From Azolla caroliniana (lineage: Eukaryota > Plantae > Polypodiophyta), in NCBI GenBank assembly GCA_043228905.1, contig JBHGNT010000020.1:3224001-3288000 (forward strand): a stretch of DNA of 64,000 nt. The letters are read 5' to 3'. A program made the translations under genes and the position numbers. The notes beneath the pieces were generated by a model. It had not been told where the DNA came from. It was given only the letters and a program-made list of their open reading frames with translations, and did not search any database. This document shows positions 26,751-39,727 of the stretch, one piece after another (the stretch's first letter is position 1; the number at the start of each line of letters is the position of its first letter).

Positions 26751-26756
26751 TTTATA
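26751..26756 (-). promoter_or_regulatory. TATA box of peptide gene A (conserved at 36249, 50039 and 56571)
   Basis: GGCACTATAAAGGCAC on minus in all four copies, with an ACGT core ~15 bp further upstream. Confidence 0.7.
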
Positions 26757-27228
26757 GTGCCTCGAGATATTCACGTATCATCAATGTCACTGAAAGATTT
26801 CAAAAATGATTAGTGATAACAATATCCATGGAAATTACAATCTTAGAGTGAAAATAAACGATAATTGTTTTGCCTTCCCTTATGTTGTCTAGAATTTTCT
26901 ATTTCTTCATTTTCAAGCATTAGCTCATTACATTGATTTTATTGAAGTATCGCTTGATTTCATGGGGAGTATTGAATTTGAAATAGAAGTCCTGAAATTT
27001 TTAAGTACATGAATATATGATCTCTTTCCATTTTTCAGCGAACAAAAACTTTAAAATAAGAAAAACATATGTCACAAGCCATGAGATTTACATTTCAAGG
27101 GCTCCATGGGCAATTTCCCTTGGAAATGGCAAAGTCACAGTCCATGGCATGTTTTGGTTAAATTGCTTGAAAATGATGCTTGAGAAAAGTTTTCATTTAA
27201 ATGATTATCAATAACAATCACCATGGAA

Positions 27229-28579
27229 TTTATTTATTTATTTATTTTTCGAAAAAAAAACTCCTTCCATTAGTTATAAAATTTTACAAATGAAACAATT
27301 ATGTACACATCCCTGTAGGCATGCGATAGTTCCATCTTATGTGGATGCCCACTGACTCAAGAAAGGGAGAGGACGACCATTGTCGGATGAAGGCTATTCG
27401 TTGTCTTTCAAATCCATCGGAGCAGCCCTTAAGGCCATCATATTCGCTCTTTAGAGTGGCTACAATTTCACTCCATATCTCTTGCAGTAACCTTGTTGGA
27501 TGCACGGTTTGGTTGGAGAAGACTCGCCTACATCGTTGTTTCCATAGAATCCAAAGAGTTATTGGGCTGACCAATTCCAATAGCTCTTGAGATTTTTCAT
27601 TAAGAGGAGGGGAGTGGACATTGTCGTTGGAGGAGAAAAAGACCTCTTGTGCTTTTATCACCAAAGTCATCCCCTCCTCCTAATGCTCGTATCTGCCAAT
27701 TGCGGTCTGCCATGATAGTCGACATATATTTCCCCACTTGATTGAGCCTTGCACCTGGCATAATTGCAACAAGCGGCCAACCCCCCACCATATTCGATGG
27801 GACGTTGGGAAGTCCCACAGAGCATGGCGTATTGATTCTATTGCATGTGGGCACTCTACACAATTAGGAGAGCTAAGGTTCCCACGTTGCCATCTCCCAC
27901 CAATAGGGACTTATGTATTAATAGCCATTGGAATGTGGTAATTCGCCTTGCATGTTGTTGTTTCCAGATTTTCTGCCAAAACTGGGTGATTATTGTGGGA
28001 GGAACTTGAAATGTGTGCCAGACCTTCGCAGCCGCCAGCTCTCGGGCGGTTTGAGTAGCTAGAATGTGGCGACCCAATCTAGTTGTGAATTGGAAGAAAG
28101 GGATGGGTTTGCTTCCTTTCCCCGCATAGGGATCACGCCATGTCCATTGCAAAGGGTCCCAACTGACCTTACATAACCATGTGTTTTCATGAGTACATAT
28201 GTGTCAATCGGATTGAATTTTGATTAGATCAGGATCTATAATCCATTTATGACCAGTATACACGAGTACTCGAATTGCATTATTCTGTGTTGGTGTCTCA
28301 GTGTCTCGCAATTCAGAGCCTTCGAGCCTGTTTGGCGGTCCCCTACCTCTCGGAATCAGAGATCCCTCCTCCTCGTCGCCTATCCATTTCTCCATTGTCA
28401 TCCTTTGAGTAGCAGATTCCCTAATCAGTAAAGCGTTAATGATTTCCGATCTCATAGTCCATCCGCCCTTGATTCCATGGAGTATGTTTGCCTGATCTTG
28501 TAGTGGTAGTGACATAAACCGTCACCAACATTCTATACTTTTTCTTGGACCTTCTACAATGTATCCCCATGACAACCCA
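27229..28579 (-). mobile_element. 5'-truncated LINE insertion (zf-RVT end) in the upstream region of copy A
   Basis: TSD ATGGAA (27223-27228 / 28580-28585), (TAAA)n tail, FWQKIWKQQHARRITTFQWLL and ITLWILWKQRCRRVF. Absent from copies B, C and D. Confidence 0.88.
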
Positions 28580-28849
28580 ATGGAAATTAAAATGTTGGTG
28601 TGGTAAGGTAGACTGATTATTTTGCATGCCTTAATGTTTTGTTTAATTTCAAACTCGACATTTTGAAACAATTAATTTATTGAAATGATTTGGATGGTGT
28701 ATAAACTTGTTTCATAAAAATATCATCAATATTAGAAGAGAAGGAAACACTTGTTTATGTGTCTTAGTGAAATAGTTGAAAATCAATGCATATGTGAGCT
28801 CTAATCTTGTATGGACATCAATAAAAAATTTGGACGTCAATTGAAAATC

Positions 28850-29320
28850 CTATTATCGCATTGTAATGCTCGATTGATTGCAAGCTAGAAATGTAAGGAG
28901 TAGATCCTTTACATCATTGCATAATCTGAACTGAAACTACTCCATTAATTCTTGGTCATCCCATGGAATATAGGTTGACAGTAGACGAAAATCAACTGCA
29001 TAGAGTAAGGGAGAACCATCCCCTTATTGTAGCCTTCAGATGTTGTTAATTCTTGTTCTAACATACCTTGAACTCACTAATGAACTCCTCAAAATGATTT
29101 AACAAGGGAGAGATCCTTTTACCAATAATGGTGCAAACAAAGCTCATGTTGTACGACTCACTAGTGTGTCTACTAATCCCACTCTCGACGCATTAATTGC
29201 ATAGTCTGAACGATGCATTTTGATTGCAACAAGTACTTGGTTAAGGAATCCACCCAATTGTTATCGTGTTCCATCAAACTTCATGGAAAGTTTTATTTTT
29301 GGCTCTTTAAGGATGCCTTA
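28850..29320 (-). pseudogene. gag: Fossil chromovirus (Tcn1-like) gag
   Basis: Manual translation: KEPKIKLSMKFDGTR*QLGGFLNQV...ASRVGLVDTL...LFAPLLVKGSPLLNHFEEFISEFK...IPWDDQELME*FQFRLCNDVKDLLLT. Confidence 0.75.
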
Positions 29321-29411
29321 AGTTATTGCTCATTGTGGTAGAGAGACAATAGGTACTTGTAATTGTTGTAAATGTAATATCAACTCCTCATGTTGTTATT
29401 ATATATGTATA

Positions 29412-30360
29412 TGTGAAAGCTAAGACTAAATCGGGTAGCCGGATAGTAACAGAATACAAACAGGTTTAATGGATTCCTTAAAAACCCGGGAGAGACAGAG
29501 AGTGCAGAACAATAATCTTAATTCAAATAATAACACTCTGTACATACAATGTGCTCAATGAGCACTTTTATACAAGTCCTTAAAAAGGGTTGACAAGTAC
29601 TTCAATGATCATACAAGCGACTGACACTGACTCCAAAAATATGCCTACATACTAGGCTAGATTCGTAGGCCTCTAACGGCCTACCGGTTACAATCCGATC
29701 CGGCTCTCCGACTTGGCTCCTAGTTCCGGATACCATCCGGACACGGATCCGGTTGTTCGTTCCTCACTCCGATCCGGCTTTGGCTTGTTTAGCCTATCTA
29801 GATCCGGTTGAGCTTGTCCGCTCAACACTCCCCCTCAAGCTCAACTTGAGGTCGGATCACAGTGTCAGTGTCAGTGGTATCCGGTCCTCTTCTCTGGCTC
29901 TTCCGGGCGTCCTCCCGACTGGCTCGCGCTCCTCGTTCGGTCCGGTTCATCTTCCCATGATGCATCCGGTTCCATGCGTCTCGACCTTCTCGGTAGGCTT
30001 TTCTACTCAGAAGTCCCTTTGTTGTTGCGACTCCGACGCTTCTTGGCCCGTCCATTCCTCCGTATCGGTGTCAGCTTCCGCTACCTTCTTGTCCGTTTGG
30101 CCTAGCTATCACCAATTTGTCTTCGGACTTTAGACCTTGCACGACATCGGACCACGTCCGTGTTTTCGCCTTCTTGGCCTTCTTGGCTTTACCTCCCCTT
30201 CTTTCGGTTGGCTCTGGCTTGGGCTTTCTATTTCGGTGGCTCCCCTTACGTCTAGTCTCGGCTTCTTCAGTCGACTCGTGCACTAACTTCTTCAGTCGAG
30301 CCGGAGTCGAAATCAGTTTATGACTCAGCTTTTCGGTTGTCTTTTTCATTCCTCCCCCTC
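29412..30360 (-). mobile_element. Copia 3' end: LTR (29412-29827), PPT and 3' extension
   Basis: TG...CA LTR with the PPT CTTGAGGGGGAG (minus) abutting it. Homologous to 51380-52545 and 58229-59560, which still carry RNase H. Confidence 0.85.
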
Positions 30361-31664
30361 ATGTTTGGTAGCTTGATAGCAACAAAATACATACATGTTT
30401 AATGGAACCTTAAAAACACGAGAGAGAGAGAGAGAGCAGAAGAATAATCTTAATTCGAATAATAACACTCTGTACATACAATGTGCTCAATGAGCACTTT
30501 TATACAAGTCCTTAAAATGGAATGACAGAAGTACGGTTAGGAATCAACCTGCCAGAACCGGTTACACATTCGTACTGGTGTGCAGAAACCAAATACTAGT
30601 ACACAAATAGAAAAACGTGAAGACATAGAGATACTGATATTTACGTGGAAAAACCTGAAATGGGAAAAACCACGGGGTTCCACAGACCCCGAGAAAACAA
30701 ATCATTATAGTGCTGCGGAAGTACAGATTGCCAGGAGCTGCACGCTCCCTATACGCAAGGCTTGGCCACAACCGAGCTTAGAATCATACACAGAAAACGG
30801 GAAATAAATGCACGACACAAAGAAGAGAAGTGTACACAAGATGTTTACGTGGAAAACCCCAAACTAGGGAAAAAAAACCACGGCAACCCACAGGCTGCAA
30901 ACTATCACTATGTTAGAATGTACAACACTGAGTTCACGGAGGCAACGACCTCGTGCTCACGATCTTCGCCACAGGCGGTGGTTTCAACAGAGGCAATGAC
31001 CTCTTTCTCTCTCTCTCTCTCTCTCTCTCTGTACACGATTATGCACTCTCTCTCTCCTTGCACCAACAGGAATAACAACAACTCTAAAAGTTTTCTCTAA
31101 GTCATATTTATACTAATATGACTTTTCGGCTATTTACAAATATAGCTATGATGGACTCTCAGAAACATATTTACGAATATGTCTCTTCATCCGATGAGCA
31201 CTCCTCACCGGGTCTGCACCATCCGGCTCTCCGTAGCCGGGTACTCCTCATCCGGTTCCGGCCGAGGCCGATCAACACTCTTCTTCTCCCTTCCCATCCG
31301 GAGGGACTTGTCTCCCAACACAGATATGGAACTCGGAGGCAACGACCTTGAGTTCTCCTTCGTCTGATAGACGGCTACAGAGTTACACTCTCACTCTCTC
31401 ACTCATGGTTACAAAGGCAACTACCTTGTTCTAACTTTACAATAATGATCAACTGCACTTACTAAAGTTTGCCCTAGTTGCTTATGAACAAGAGCAAGTT
31501 TCCGACCATTTACAAGTATAGCCCACAAGGGTATTTTAGACTATTTACAATTATAGTCTTCCGAAACGATTTCGGTTTTCGATTACAATTTCGATTTCGG
31601 TTTCGGCCTCTGCCAGCATGCTTTCCAACACGATACTTCTCTTCCCATCCAGAGGGACATGTTT
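30361..31664 (-). mobile_element. Cluster of nested Copia LTR fragments / solo LTRs
   Basis: 30361-30517 repeats LTR sequence from 29450-29585. Two TTTACGTGGAAAA..AAACCACGG motifs (30640, 30843) and two ...CCAACA ends (31320, 31630). Confidence 0.65.
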
Positions 31665-32012
31665 CCCCTTGTCAATCTCTCTTATGCTATCTCAAGCTTT
31701 CAAGATGCAAGCATAGGTAACTACATTTGGAGAAAATCTCTTAGGCTCTATGGAGCACATAGGTAGAGTTTAAGGGCATGATGGTTGTTGATTTTGAAGC
31801 TATATCGTTCATGTGAATTCTTAACTTTATTATGACAATCTCATGTATGAATGAAACACGTCAAGGTACACTAACATTACATGTATGGTAAGCATGGGTG
31901 CTTGAAAGAGGCATATAAACTTTTTCAATGTGTGATGATGCCAAATTTTATCTCATGGAATGCGATAATGGCGGCATATGCCCATAATGAACATGCATGT
32001 TTTCTTATCATT
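31665..32012. repeat. 348-bp duplicate of 38065-38412 containing PPR fragments
   Basis: Identical by eye. Includes MYGKHGCLKEAYKLF..NFISWNAIMAAYA on plus. Confidence 0.9.
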
Positions 32013-34508
32013 TTAATTTGTCAACTTTTTCCGGCGCATCCCGCATTTCCTGCTTCTGTCGTGTGACCATTTGTTTGAACTCTTGGATGGCTTTGTCTCG
32101 TTCATTCACCCCCTCTCCAATTTTAGTCCTGGTCAGCTCTACGCATTCCTCCAGCTTTCTCACTTTCTCCTTTGCTTTGTTCGCTCGGTCATTCGCCTCT
32201 TTGACTTGCCTTTCTGTAGCTCGCAATTGATCCCACAATTTTTGGTCAGGTACATGTGGAATGTCCACGAAATCAAAGTGTTGCATGTGGTTTTCTTTAC
32301 CTTTTCTTTAGCTTGTCGGAACCTCTCCGACAAATCAGCGTTGTCCTTCTCAATGTTCTAACATCCTTCATGTAAATTTTCGTTCAACAAATTGTCGTGG
32401 CCCTTCTGCATGCCTTCCGATGTCTTTTGTTGCCTGGTTTGTTCTGTTGTATTCTCTATGGACATTGACTAAGGCCGTGTGAAGTGGTGACATTTGAATT
32501 GTTGCGCCCTTGTTATTTACATTTCGTTGTCGGTCGATTTTGTGTAATTCCTGTTGTTTTTTTAGCGTGGCTTCATCGAACATGGCCTTTTGAATCGAGC
32601 CATCATGTCGGAATAATGTAATCGATGAGCAAGACATTCCACAAATTCATAAGATGTGCCGAACTATAAAATTGGTGCCAGCTCATGTGCTATTGGTGAT
32701 AACTTAGGTAAATCAAGCACCTCACTTGAGGATGATTTCCCCTTCTCTAGACGACTAGTGTTTTCTTATTCGACATGCGCCTCTCATTCTATATTTGGTA
32801 CTGGTTGTTCTATCGACGGTTATGTGTCGACCCGTTGCCTCTTCTATGCTCAAACTCTCCTCTTTAGTTTGTGGATACCAACGACTCTTCTGTTTTGTTC
32901 TGAAGCGCTTCCCCAGTCAAGTACCGCCAATCGATTGTCTCCTGATGAACAAGAGCAACTTCCCCAGTCAAGTACCCCCAATCGATCGTCTCCTGGCGAA
33001 TATTGCCGGTTGCTTGGGGATACAATAAAACTTGGGAACTTCTTGAAATACTCATTGTTGCCGCCCTGAGTTTTATAGGCTTTGTCCAATGGCAAATAAT
33101 CGTCGAAGTATGACTTTAGCACCTCAGGGTTTACAAGATCTATGCCATCCAACCCTTCACCTTGCAGATTCAAATATCGACGTTCCTGCTTGTTCGTGAG
33201 TTTTGCAACGTCGATTTGATGAACTATTTATGTTGCTTGAGGATGAGGTCGGAGAAAGTTGGAAGTGCTGCTCTGGTTGTCTGTTGCGTATGGAGAAAGC
33301 TTGAGACTGTTGTGTGATCACTCTATTTGCTTGAAAACATCTGTGTTGTTGTGGGGCACAAAATATATAGAGGAAGGGTTTTTAATGAAAAGATGAGTCA
33401 CTTTTCGAGAAGTTTAATGACAATATGCTATTAATGGCAATCACAGTTCGAATATAGTAATAAAAGCTTTTAATAACCACCACTCATAATGAATACTAAA
33501 TGATTTGTTGGCCTGTCCATTTATAATCTGGAAAGGATAGGGCCAAGAAGTCATCATAACAAGAATCATTTTTCTGTTATATCTTTGCCATGTTTTTTTT
33601 TTAATGCTTATGCTATTTACATATTTGTCCCTTGCCACCTCATTGTGTGGTCGGTAGACTGTCGGCGTCATGGATTCTCTGACGTCAGTCTGTGATATAG
33701 TTTAAGTCAAAATCCATTCACCCATTTCGACATGATTTCGCTAGCTAATGTGCCGACTTGATATGTACCATTCTTACTGTTGACAATCCAAAATGGGCTT
33801 GTCCAGCGAAATTTGAGTTTACTTGGTATCAAACCCCATGACGACTATTATGAAAACTCCCCCATTAGTGACAAATATTGTCTTTTCCTAATCCACTGGG
33901 TGCATCCAAACCTGGTTATAGGAACTAAATCTTCCAGAAAGCTATAAATTTCGTGGTCAGCACCTCCATCCAAAACTCCATCCGTAAAAGGCAATGCACA
34001 TGCATCCGTTATTGTGGCCGCATTTATCTTTCTATAATCGACGCATACTCTGATCTTCCCATTCTTTTTTGGTACGACGACGACTGGGCTTAACCAAGTT
34101 GCCTTTTTTAGTTGTCGAATAAAACCGACTATAAATATTTTGTCGATTTCCTCCTTTACTTTCACAACATAATTCGGGATTAATCAGTACTGACGTTGTT
34201 GTATCGGCTTCGCATCTTTATGCAAATTGATTTGATGCTAATAGAATGCCAAATCTAATCTCTTCATATCTTCATATTACCGTGCGAAAACATCCTTATA
34301 TTGACACAATAGGTCAGTCATCTTGACTTTATTGGCCAACTCCATTTCTTTGGCAATGAGAATTGTCTTTTGTTCAGCATCAGCGTCGACAAAATTTAAT
34401 TCGTCTAATTTCGATGCCTAAACTCTTTGGGATACCTGCATGTCCCTTTCTGAAGATTCTTGTTGAAGTCGTAATTCCCTTAATGATTTGTCATGCAGAG
34501 GAATTTCT
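32013..34508 (-). mobile_element. Internally deleted copy of the Gypsy at 42647-48303
   Basis: Collinear segments (extra ORF, integrase end, RT WLSPVVVVPKKNGKIRVCVDYRK). Has the same junction to the peptide unit (gaatttcttctcacac) as at 48303. Confidence 0.9.
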
Positions 34509-35869
34509 TCTCACACAAAACGTGTAGTTGGCCAATCTAACACTCTTTGGATAGTTGGATAAATAGAGATTACTTAAGAAATGATGTAACCTAACAATTC
34601 CACTTGCAATCTAAGCTTCACTTCTCTAGTATTGAATAAAGGCCATATTCAAATAGTCATTCTAGTACTTGACGAACATTGACATCATGCTCCTCTTGTG
34701 TTTTTTAATAAATCAATAGATGATTAGAAAGATGTCCAAGAAATGTAAAAAAATATCATTAGCCATAGGTTGGAAAAATTCTTATGCATTTGAATATGAG
34801 GAAACTATGAAACTTCTCCACACAATCTTCAACAAGGGTGACATAGACATTAAACAATCCAAGGGATAAAATAACGACTAATCCAAGTACGTTTCTAGAA
34901 ATCCTTATTGAACTTGTACGAAGAAAACCAACATTCTAGAGGTTCTTAGATTAACTATTAAAAGACTCAACCCCAAAGATTGGAAATATGAACACATCAC
35001 ATTTCTGAGTTTATGCAACAAATATAATAAGTACTACAATGACATCAAACATCCAAACTATGAAGACATATTTAAGGACGATTTAGTCATGATAATATAA
35101 TTTCTTGTAGGAATTTTGAAATTGGTCCTTTACCATGGATACATTCCACGATCTATTTTAGGTAAACGCTTGAATTAATGTGAATGAGCACCAATTGCCC
35201 TCTTAATTCTTGTTGTCAATGGAGAGATTGGTGCAATTAATGTGTTTGATATGTTACCAACTTTTCGCTTCGTAGGAACCTTAATTAGACTTTGTGCTTA
35301 GATATCCCTTGAAAACATTCTATGGGCTTGATCATCAACATATTTTTGGGAAATGTTGTTTGTCGTTACTTTCCCTTATTCGAGTAAACCTCTACACCAA
35401 GTGTTTAAATTGCCGATGTTGATTAGACTCCAAATATTAAAAAGAAATATGTCCTATGAACCATTACACTTCCTCCATTTGACATTCATCATGCGCCATT
35501 GAATCATCTCATGCGAAGATATAGGAAATATCTTATATGCTAATATTTCTATGCACATAATAGCAATGTGTATACCAACTTTCACAAAGACTGTAGTGTA
35601 GAAGAAACATGTTCTATTTTAAAACTTTATAATATAGTTAATGAACTTGAGCACTTCATGAATATAGAAGTAACACTTCTGCAACTACTATGTAACATAT
35701 ACCATACCTAGGTGTATCATAGGAGAAATGGAAAGGTGTTATTACATATGAAATCATATCTTTATTAACCAATAAAGACACCTTTATTTTTGTGCATGAT
35801 AGTTACATTATGAATCATGCATTGTCTTATGGAACATGATTAACAATGGAATTGGAAAAGTGATTGAAT

Positions 35870-35935
35870 TTAATCATCATCTTCGGACGGAGTTGGAGCG
35901 GGAGGAATGGACCTTTTCTTACATAAATTGAAATT

Positions 35936-35974
<39 letters not shown>

Positions 35975-36154
35975 TCCCCTACTACTCTCTTTTATACTAT
36001 TCTTTAGTTACCATACTATTTACCCTAACTATCCAACCGCCGAAGGTTATACGCTCGCACTCCTCGCTTAGGCCATACGGCTCACAAGTACTAAGATTGT
36101 CACAAAAAGAAAAATACACAAAAGTCGGAATCGTTGCAACTCCATCTTCCCCAT
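35870..36154 (-). pseudogene. Disrupted peptide gene, copy B
   Basis: ATG and signal-peptide codons and the last codons (IPPAPTPSEDDD*) are retained. The middle is replaced by ~182 bp of unrelated (CT)n-containing DNA, giving MGKMELQRFRLLCIFLFVTILVLVSRMA*. Confidence 0.85.
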
Positions 36155-37489
36155 GGTATAAAAGAATTTATAGATTGAATAACACTTCAATATTGTATGG
36201 AGTATGTAATTAGGTTAGTCGGTGCTCCTAAGCTTCTTCCCCCGTGCCTTTATAGTGCCTCGATATCTTCACGTATCATCAATGACAATGAAAGATTTCA
36301 AAAATCATTAGTGATAATAATATCCATGGAGATTACAATCTTAGAGTGAAAATAAACAATAATTGTTTTGCCTTCCCTTATGTTGTCTAGAATTTTCTAT
36401 TTCTTCATTTTCAAGCATTCAGTCATTACATTGATTTTGTTGAAGAATCGATTTATTTCATGGGGAGTACTGAATTTCAAATAGATGTCCTGAAAATTTT
36501 TAAGTACATGACTATGTGATCTCTTTCCATTTTTCAGCGAACAAAAACGTTACAATAAGAAAACATATGTCACAAGCCATGAGAGTTACATTTCGAGGGC
36601 TCCATGGGCAATTTCCCTTGGAAATGGCAAAGTCATAGTCCATGGATGTTTTGGTTAAATTGCTTTATAATGGTGCTTGAGAAAAGTTTTCATTTAAATC
36701 ATTATTAATAACAATCATCACGGAAATTAAAATGTTGGTGTGGTAAGGTAGACTAATTATTTTGCATGCCTTAATGTTTCGTTTAATTTCAAACTTGACA
36801 TTTTGAAACAATTAATTTATTGAAATAATTTGGATGGTGTAGAAACCTATTTCACAAAAATATCGTAAATATGAGAAGAGAAGGAAACACTTGTTTATGT
36901 GTCTTAGTGAAATAGTTAAAAGTCCAATGACATTAAGTATCTTTTTTTGTGATAGTAAAAGCTTGAGATTCTAGGTTATTTTGTTAATGATAGTTGATTT
37001 CTCTCTTTCTTGAGTCTATTTTGGGGTTATGTAGCTCGAACCACGATGAACTAAGAACAATTGGACGCTTTTCCTACTAATTATCTTAAAGAATATTACG
37101 CATGCCAATTACCTAGCACAACACAAACATGTTCGAACTCTTCTAAAGTCGAGGAAAATCTCTATCACGAAGAAAGAATAAGCCCCAATATTGAGGAGTG
37201 GTGGAACATGAAATTGATGATTACTTGTTGTAGTAAATTTCACTTGGGTTGAGAACACATTGATAACTTGCTGAGAAGAAATGGAACTACTAATGGGTTG
37301 GATAGATCTTGGACTGTCCAACCAAATGACTCCTATTTTGGCTAGGCCTAATTGCTTAACTCATCATCTAGTTGACATAGAACCTCAATTTAATTTGATA
37401 AGCTTGCTTGGGCCACAATTTGTTAAATACCCCTAATGAATTAGACTTAGATTTAATATGTCATAGACTACCACAATATGAACATAGGT

Positions 37490-38140
37490 GGTTGGCTTCA
37501 CATGGGTCATCTTTTTCATCTAATAGTATCACATTTTGAAACGCCCATTTCCCAAGTAGATTTCTCCATTTTTGGCAAGCATCTTGCACTGTATGCCACA
37601 CTGCCACATCAATAGGATTCAGGAATAGTCATCTCCTTAATAAAATTTATCACCTTATCGAAGTGGCCAACACGGGAGAAAAGATTGACCATGCAAGTGT
37701 AATGTTGCATTCTTGGAGTAATGCCATAGACTATATTCATCATTTCAGAATACATTTGCCCCTTGTCCAACAGACCAGAGTGACTACATATATTAAGCAC
37801 AATCATGAATGTGACATCATCTGGGTTTACCCTCTCTCTTATCATTTTGTTAAACAAATCTAGCACCATTTCATCCTCCTCAAATTGGGAATATCCAGTC
37901 AATAATTGGTTCCATACTATTGTATTTTGAACCTTAAGACCATCAAAGACCACTTGTGCTTTCACAAGCAGACCACACTTGGCATACATTTGCACCAATG
38001 CATTGCCAACTAAAACATTATCTCCTAAAAACCTGTCACAATCAATCTCAAAATGTAAATCTTGCCCCTTGTCAATCTCTCTTATGCTATCTCAAGCTTT
38101 CAAGATGCAAGCATAGGTAACTACATTTGGAGAAAATCTC
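37490..38140 (-). pseudogene. PLS-class pentatricopeptide repeat (PPR) gene fragment with a degraded E domain
   Basis: FSPNVVTYACILKA*..VGNALVQMYAKCG..VWNQLLTGY..PDDVTFMIVLNICSHSGLLDKG..HYTCMVNLFSRVG; internal stop and truncated. Confidence 0.9.
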
Positions 38141-38259
38141 TTAGGCTCTATGGAGCACATAGGTAGAGTTTAAGGGCATGATGGTTGTTGATTTTGAAGC
38201 TATATCGTTCATGTGAATTCTTAACTTTATTATGACAATCTCATGTATGAATGAAACAC

Positions 38260-38412
38260 GTCAAGGTACACTAACATTACATGTATGGTAAGCATGGGTG
38301 CTTGAAAGAGGCATATAAACTTTTTCAATGTGTGATGATGCCAAATTTTATCTCATGGAATGCGATAATGGCGGCATATGCCCATAATGAACATGCATGT
38401 TTTCTTATCATT
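38260..38412 (+). pseudogene. Single PPR-motif fragment in the opposite orientation
   Basis: MYGKHGCLKEAYKLFQCVMMPNFISWNAIMAAYAHN. Confidence 0.75.
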
Positions 38413-39244
38413 CTTTGTGCATATGAAGTAACACTCTCTTTCTCTCATCTCATCTCATCTCTGTACATGTCCATCTCTTGTGCTGCGTAAGTTGTTGTTT
38501 GTGTACATACAAGTCTTTATTAACCAATTTCCTCAATTTCATGAGAACACCGGGTCATTTGAAACAGGTAACATGTCGCATTCTCTTTTTCATATCTTAG
38601 TGAGATGTTAAAAAATGCCTTATTTAAGCAGAATTTCAACAAGGCACGACGCATGTGTATGTGGTTTATGAAAACATAGCGAAAAAAAGAACTAACTAAT
38701 ATCACGTCAACAAAATCATCCGACGTATATTCTATCTACCATGTTTTTGTCCAAATCTTAGACAGGGGTGTATTTGTCAACACAAGTATAATAGTAACAC
38801 GGGTCCTTGTGCATATTCTAAAAAGCATGCCCCATTGAATAAGTGACTTCTTCTAATTATGTGTGTATATTTAAATATAATACATCTTAAACAAAATTGT
38901 GAACCTTGCAATTAAGAGATACTTCTATGTCAAGAGAAAATTTCCATTGACACGTGATACATGACACTGTCAATGTATAAATAAACTAGTCGACAATAAC
39001 ATTCCAATCATACGAGTAAATGATACAGTATAAATTTATCTCCAATATACCCCAAATGATAAAGGAGAGTTTAGATAACATGTACACATACAAGTATACC
39101 TAATTTCTAAGTTCAATGATTGTTACACGAAAATTATAAGTAAGCTCAACTTATATATTACGTCAAAATTTAACAATTCATATTGTTCAAAATTTACAAT
39201 AAGCCATAACCATTCAATCGAATAATAAGTCTGGTAAAGCCGTC

Positions 39245-39600
39245 TACTCAGGATTAGCTCTTTCATCAGGATTGTCCTCATTGGCTTCGTCAGTACGCTA
39301 AGTTGAATTGTTAGTATGTTCAGACTCTGAAACGTCTTCTAATTCAACAAGTTGGCCTGCGTCTTCATCTATAGTTCCACAAGTTTTCTAAAAGTCATCT
39401 GGAACATCTAAGTTTTATTGATATGCTTTGCCCCAACTTCTTGGTCTTGATCAGGACAACCCCAAATACCTTGGATCCTCATTTTGATGACATTAACTTG
39501 CTCAAGGTTCTTCTCTAATGCAACAGAGTTCTTGATAATCTTTAAGGCGTATGTTTTAGTAGTACATGACAGTAGAATGAAATTGCACAGGTAACATCAA
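39245..39600 (-). pseudogene. Unknown acidic-tailed ORF remnant inside the TIR element
   Basis: A single frame LMLPVQFH..RLKDYQELCCIREEP*..DEDAGQLVELEDVSESE..DEANEDNPDERANPE* with several stops explicable as C>T changes, preceded by a short GT..AG intron-like segment. Confidence 0.5.
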
Positions 39601-39727
39601 ACTGAAGAATAGAATATAATGTTAATCTAAATTGATGTAAGTTTTATATTATATACCTGTGTCAGAAAACTAATCTAAAACCCATTGAAAATTTGAAACA
39701 ATAAAATTTGAAAAAATAAAAAATCTT

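Larger units (their letters stand above)
25013..30360. repeat. Segmental duplication unit A (peptide gene with flanks)
   Basis: Begins tctcacacaaaacgtgtagttggcc, also seen at 34509 and 48304. Collinear with 34.5-37 kb, 48.3-52.2 kb and 55.5-59.2 kb. Confidence 0.9.

Noticed and set aside
36060-36090. GAGCCGTATG resembling group II intron domain V in the copy B insert
   Set aside because: Only 10 nt match; the GAAA loop and complementary ACGTACGGTTC arm are absent.
35909-36090. Copy B insert as a new intron
   Set aside because: Original coding sequence is deleted, and the nearest GT/AG splice gives a frameshift.
37490-38140. Functional RNA-editing PPR gene
   Set aside because: In-frame stop, 5' truncation, degraded E domain and no DYW domain.
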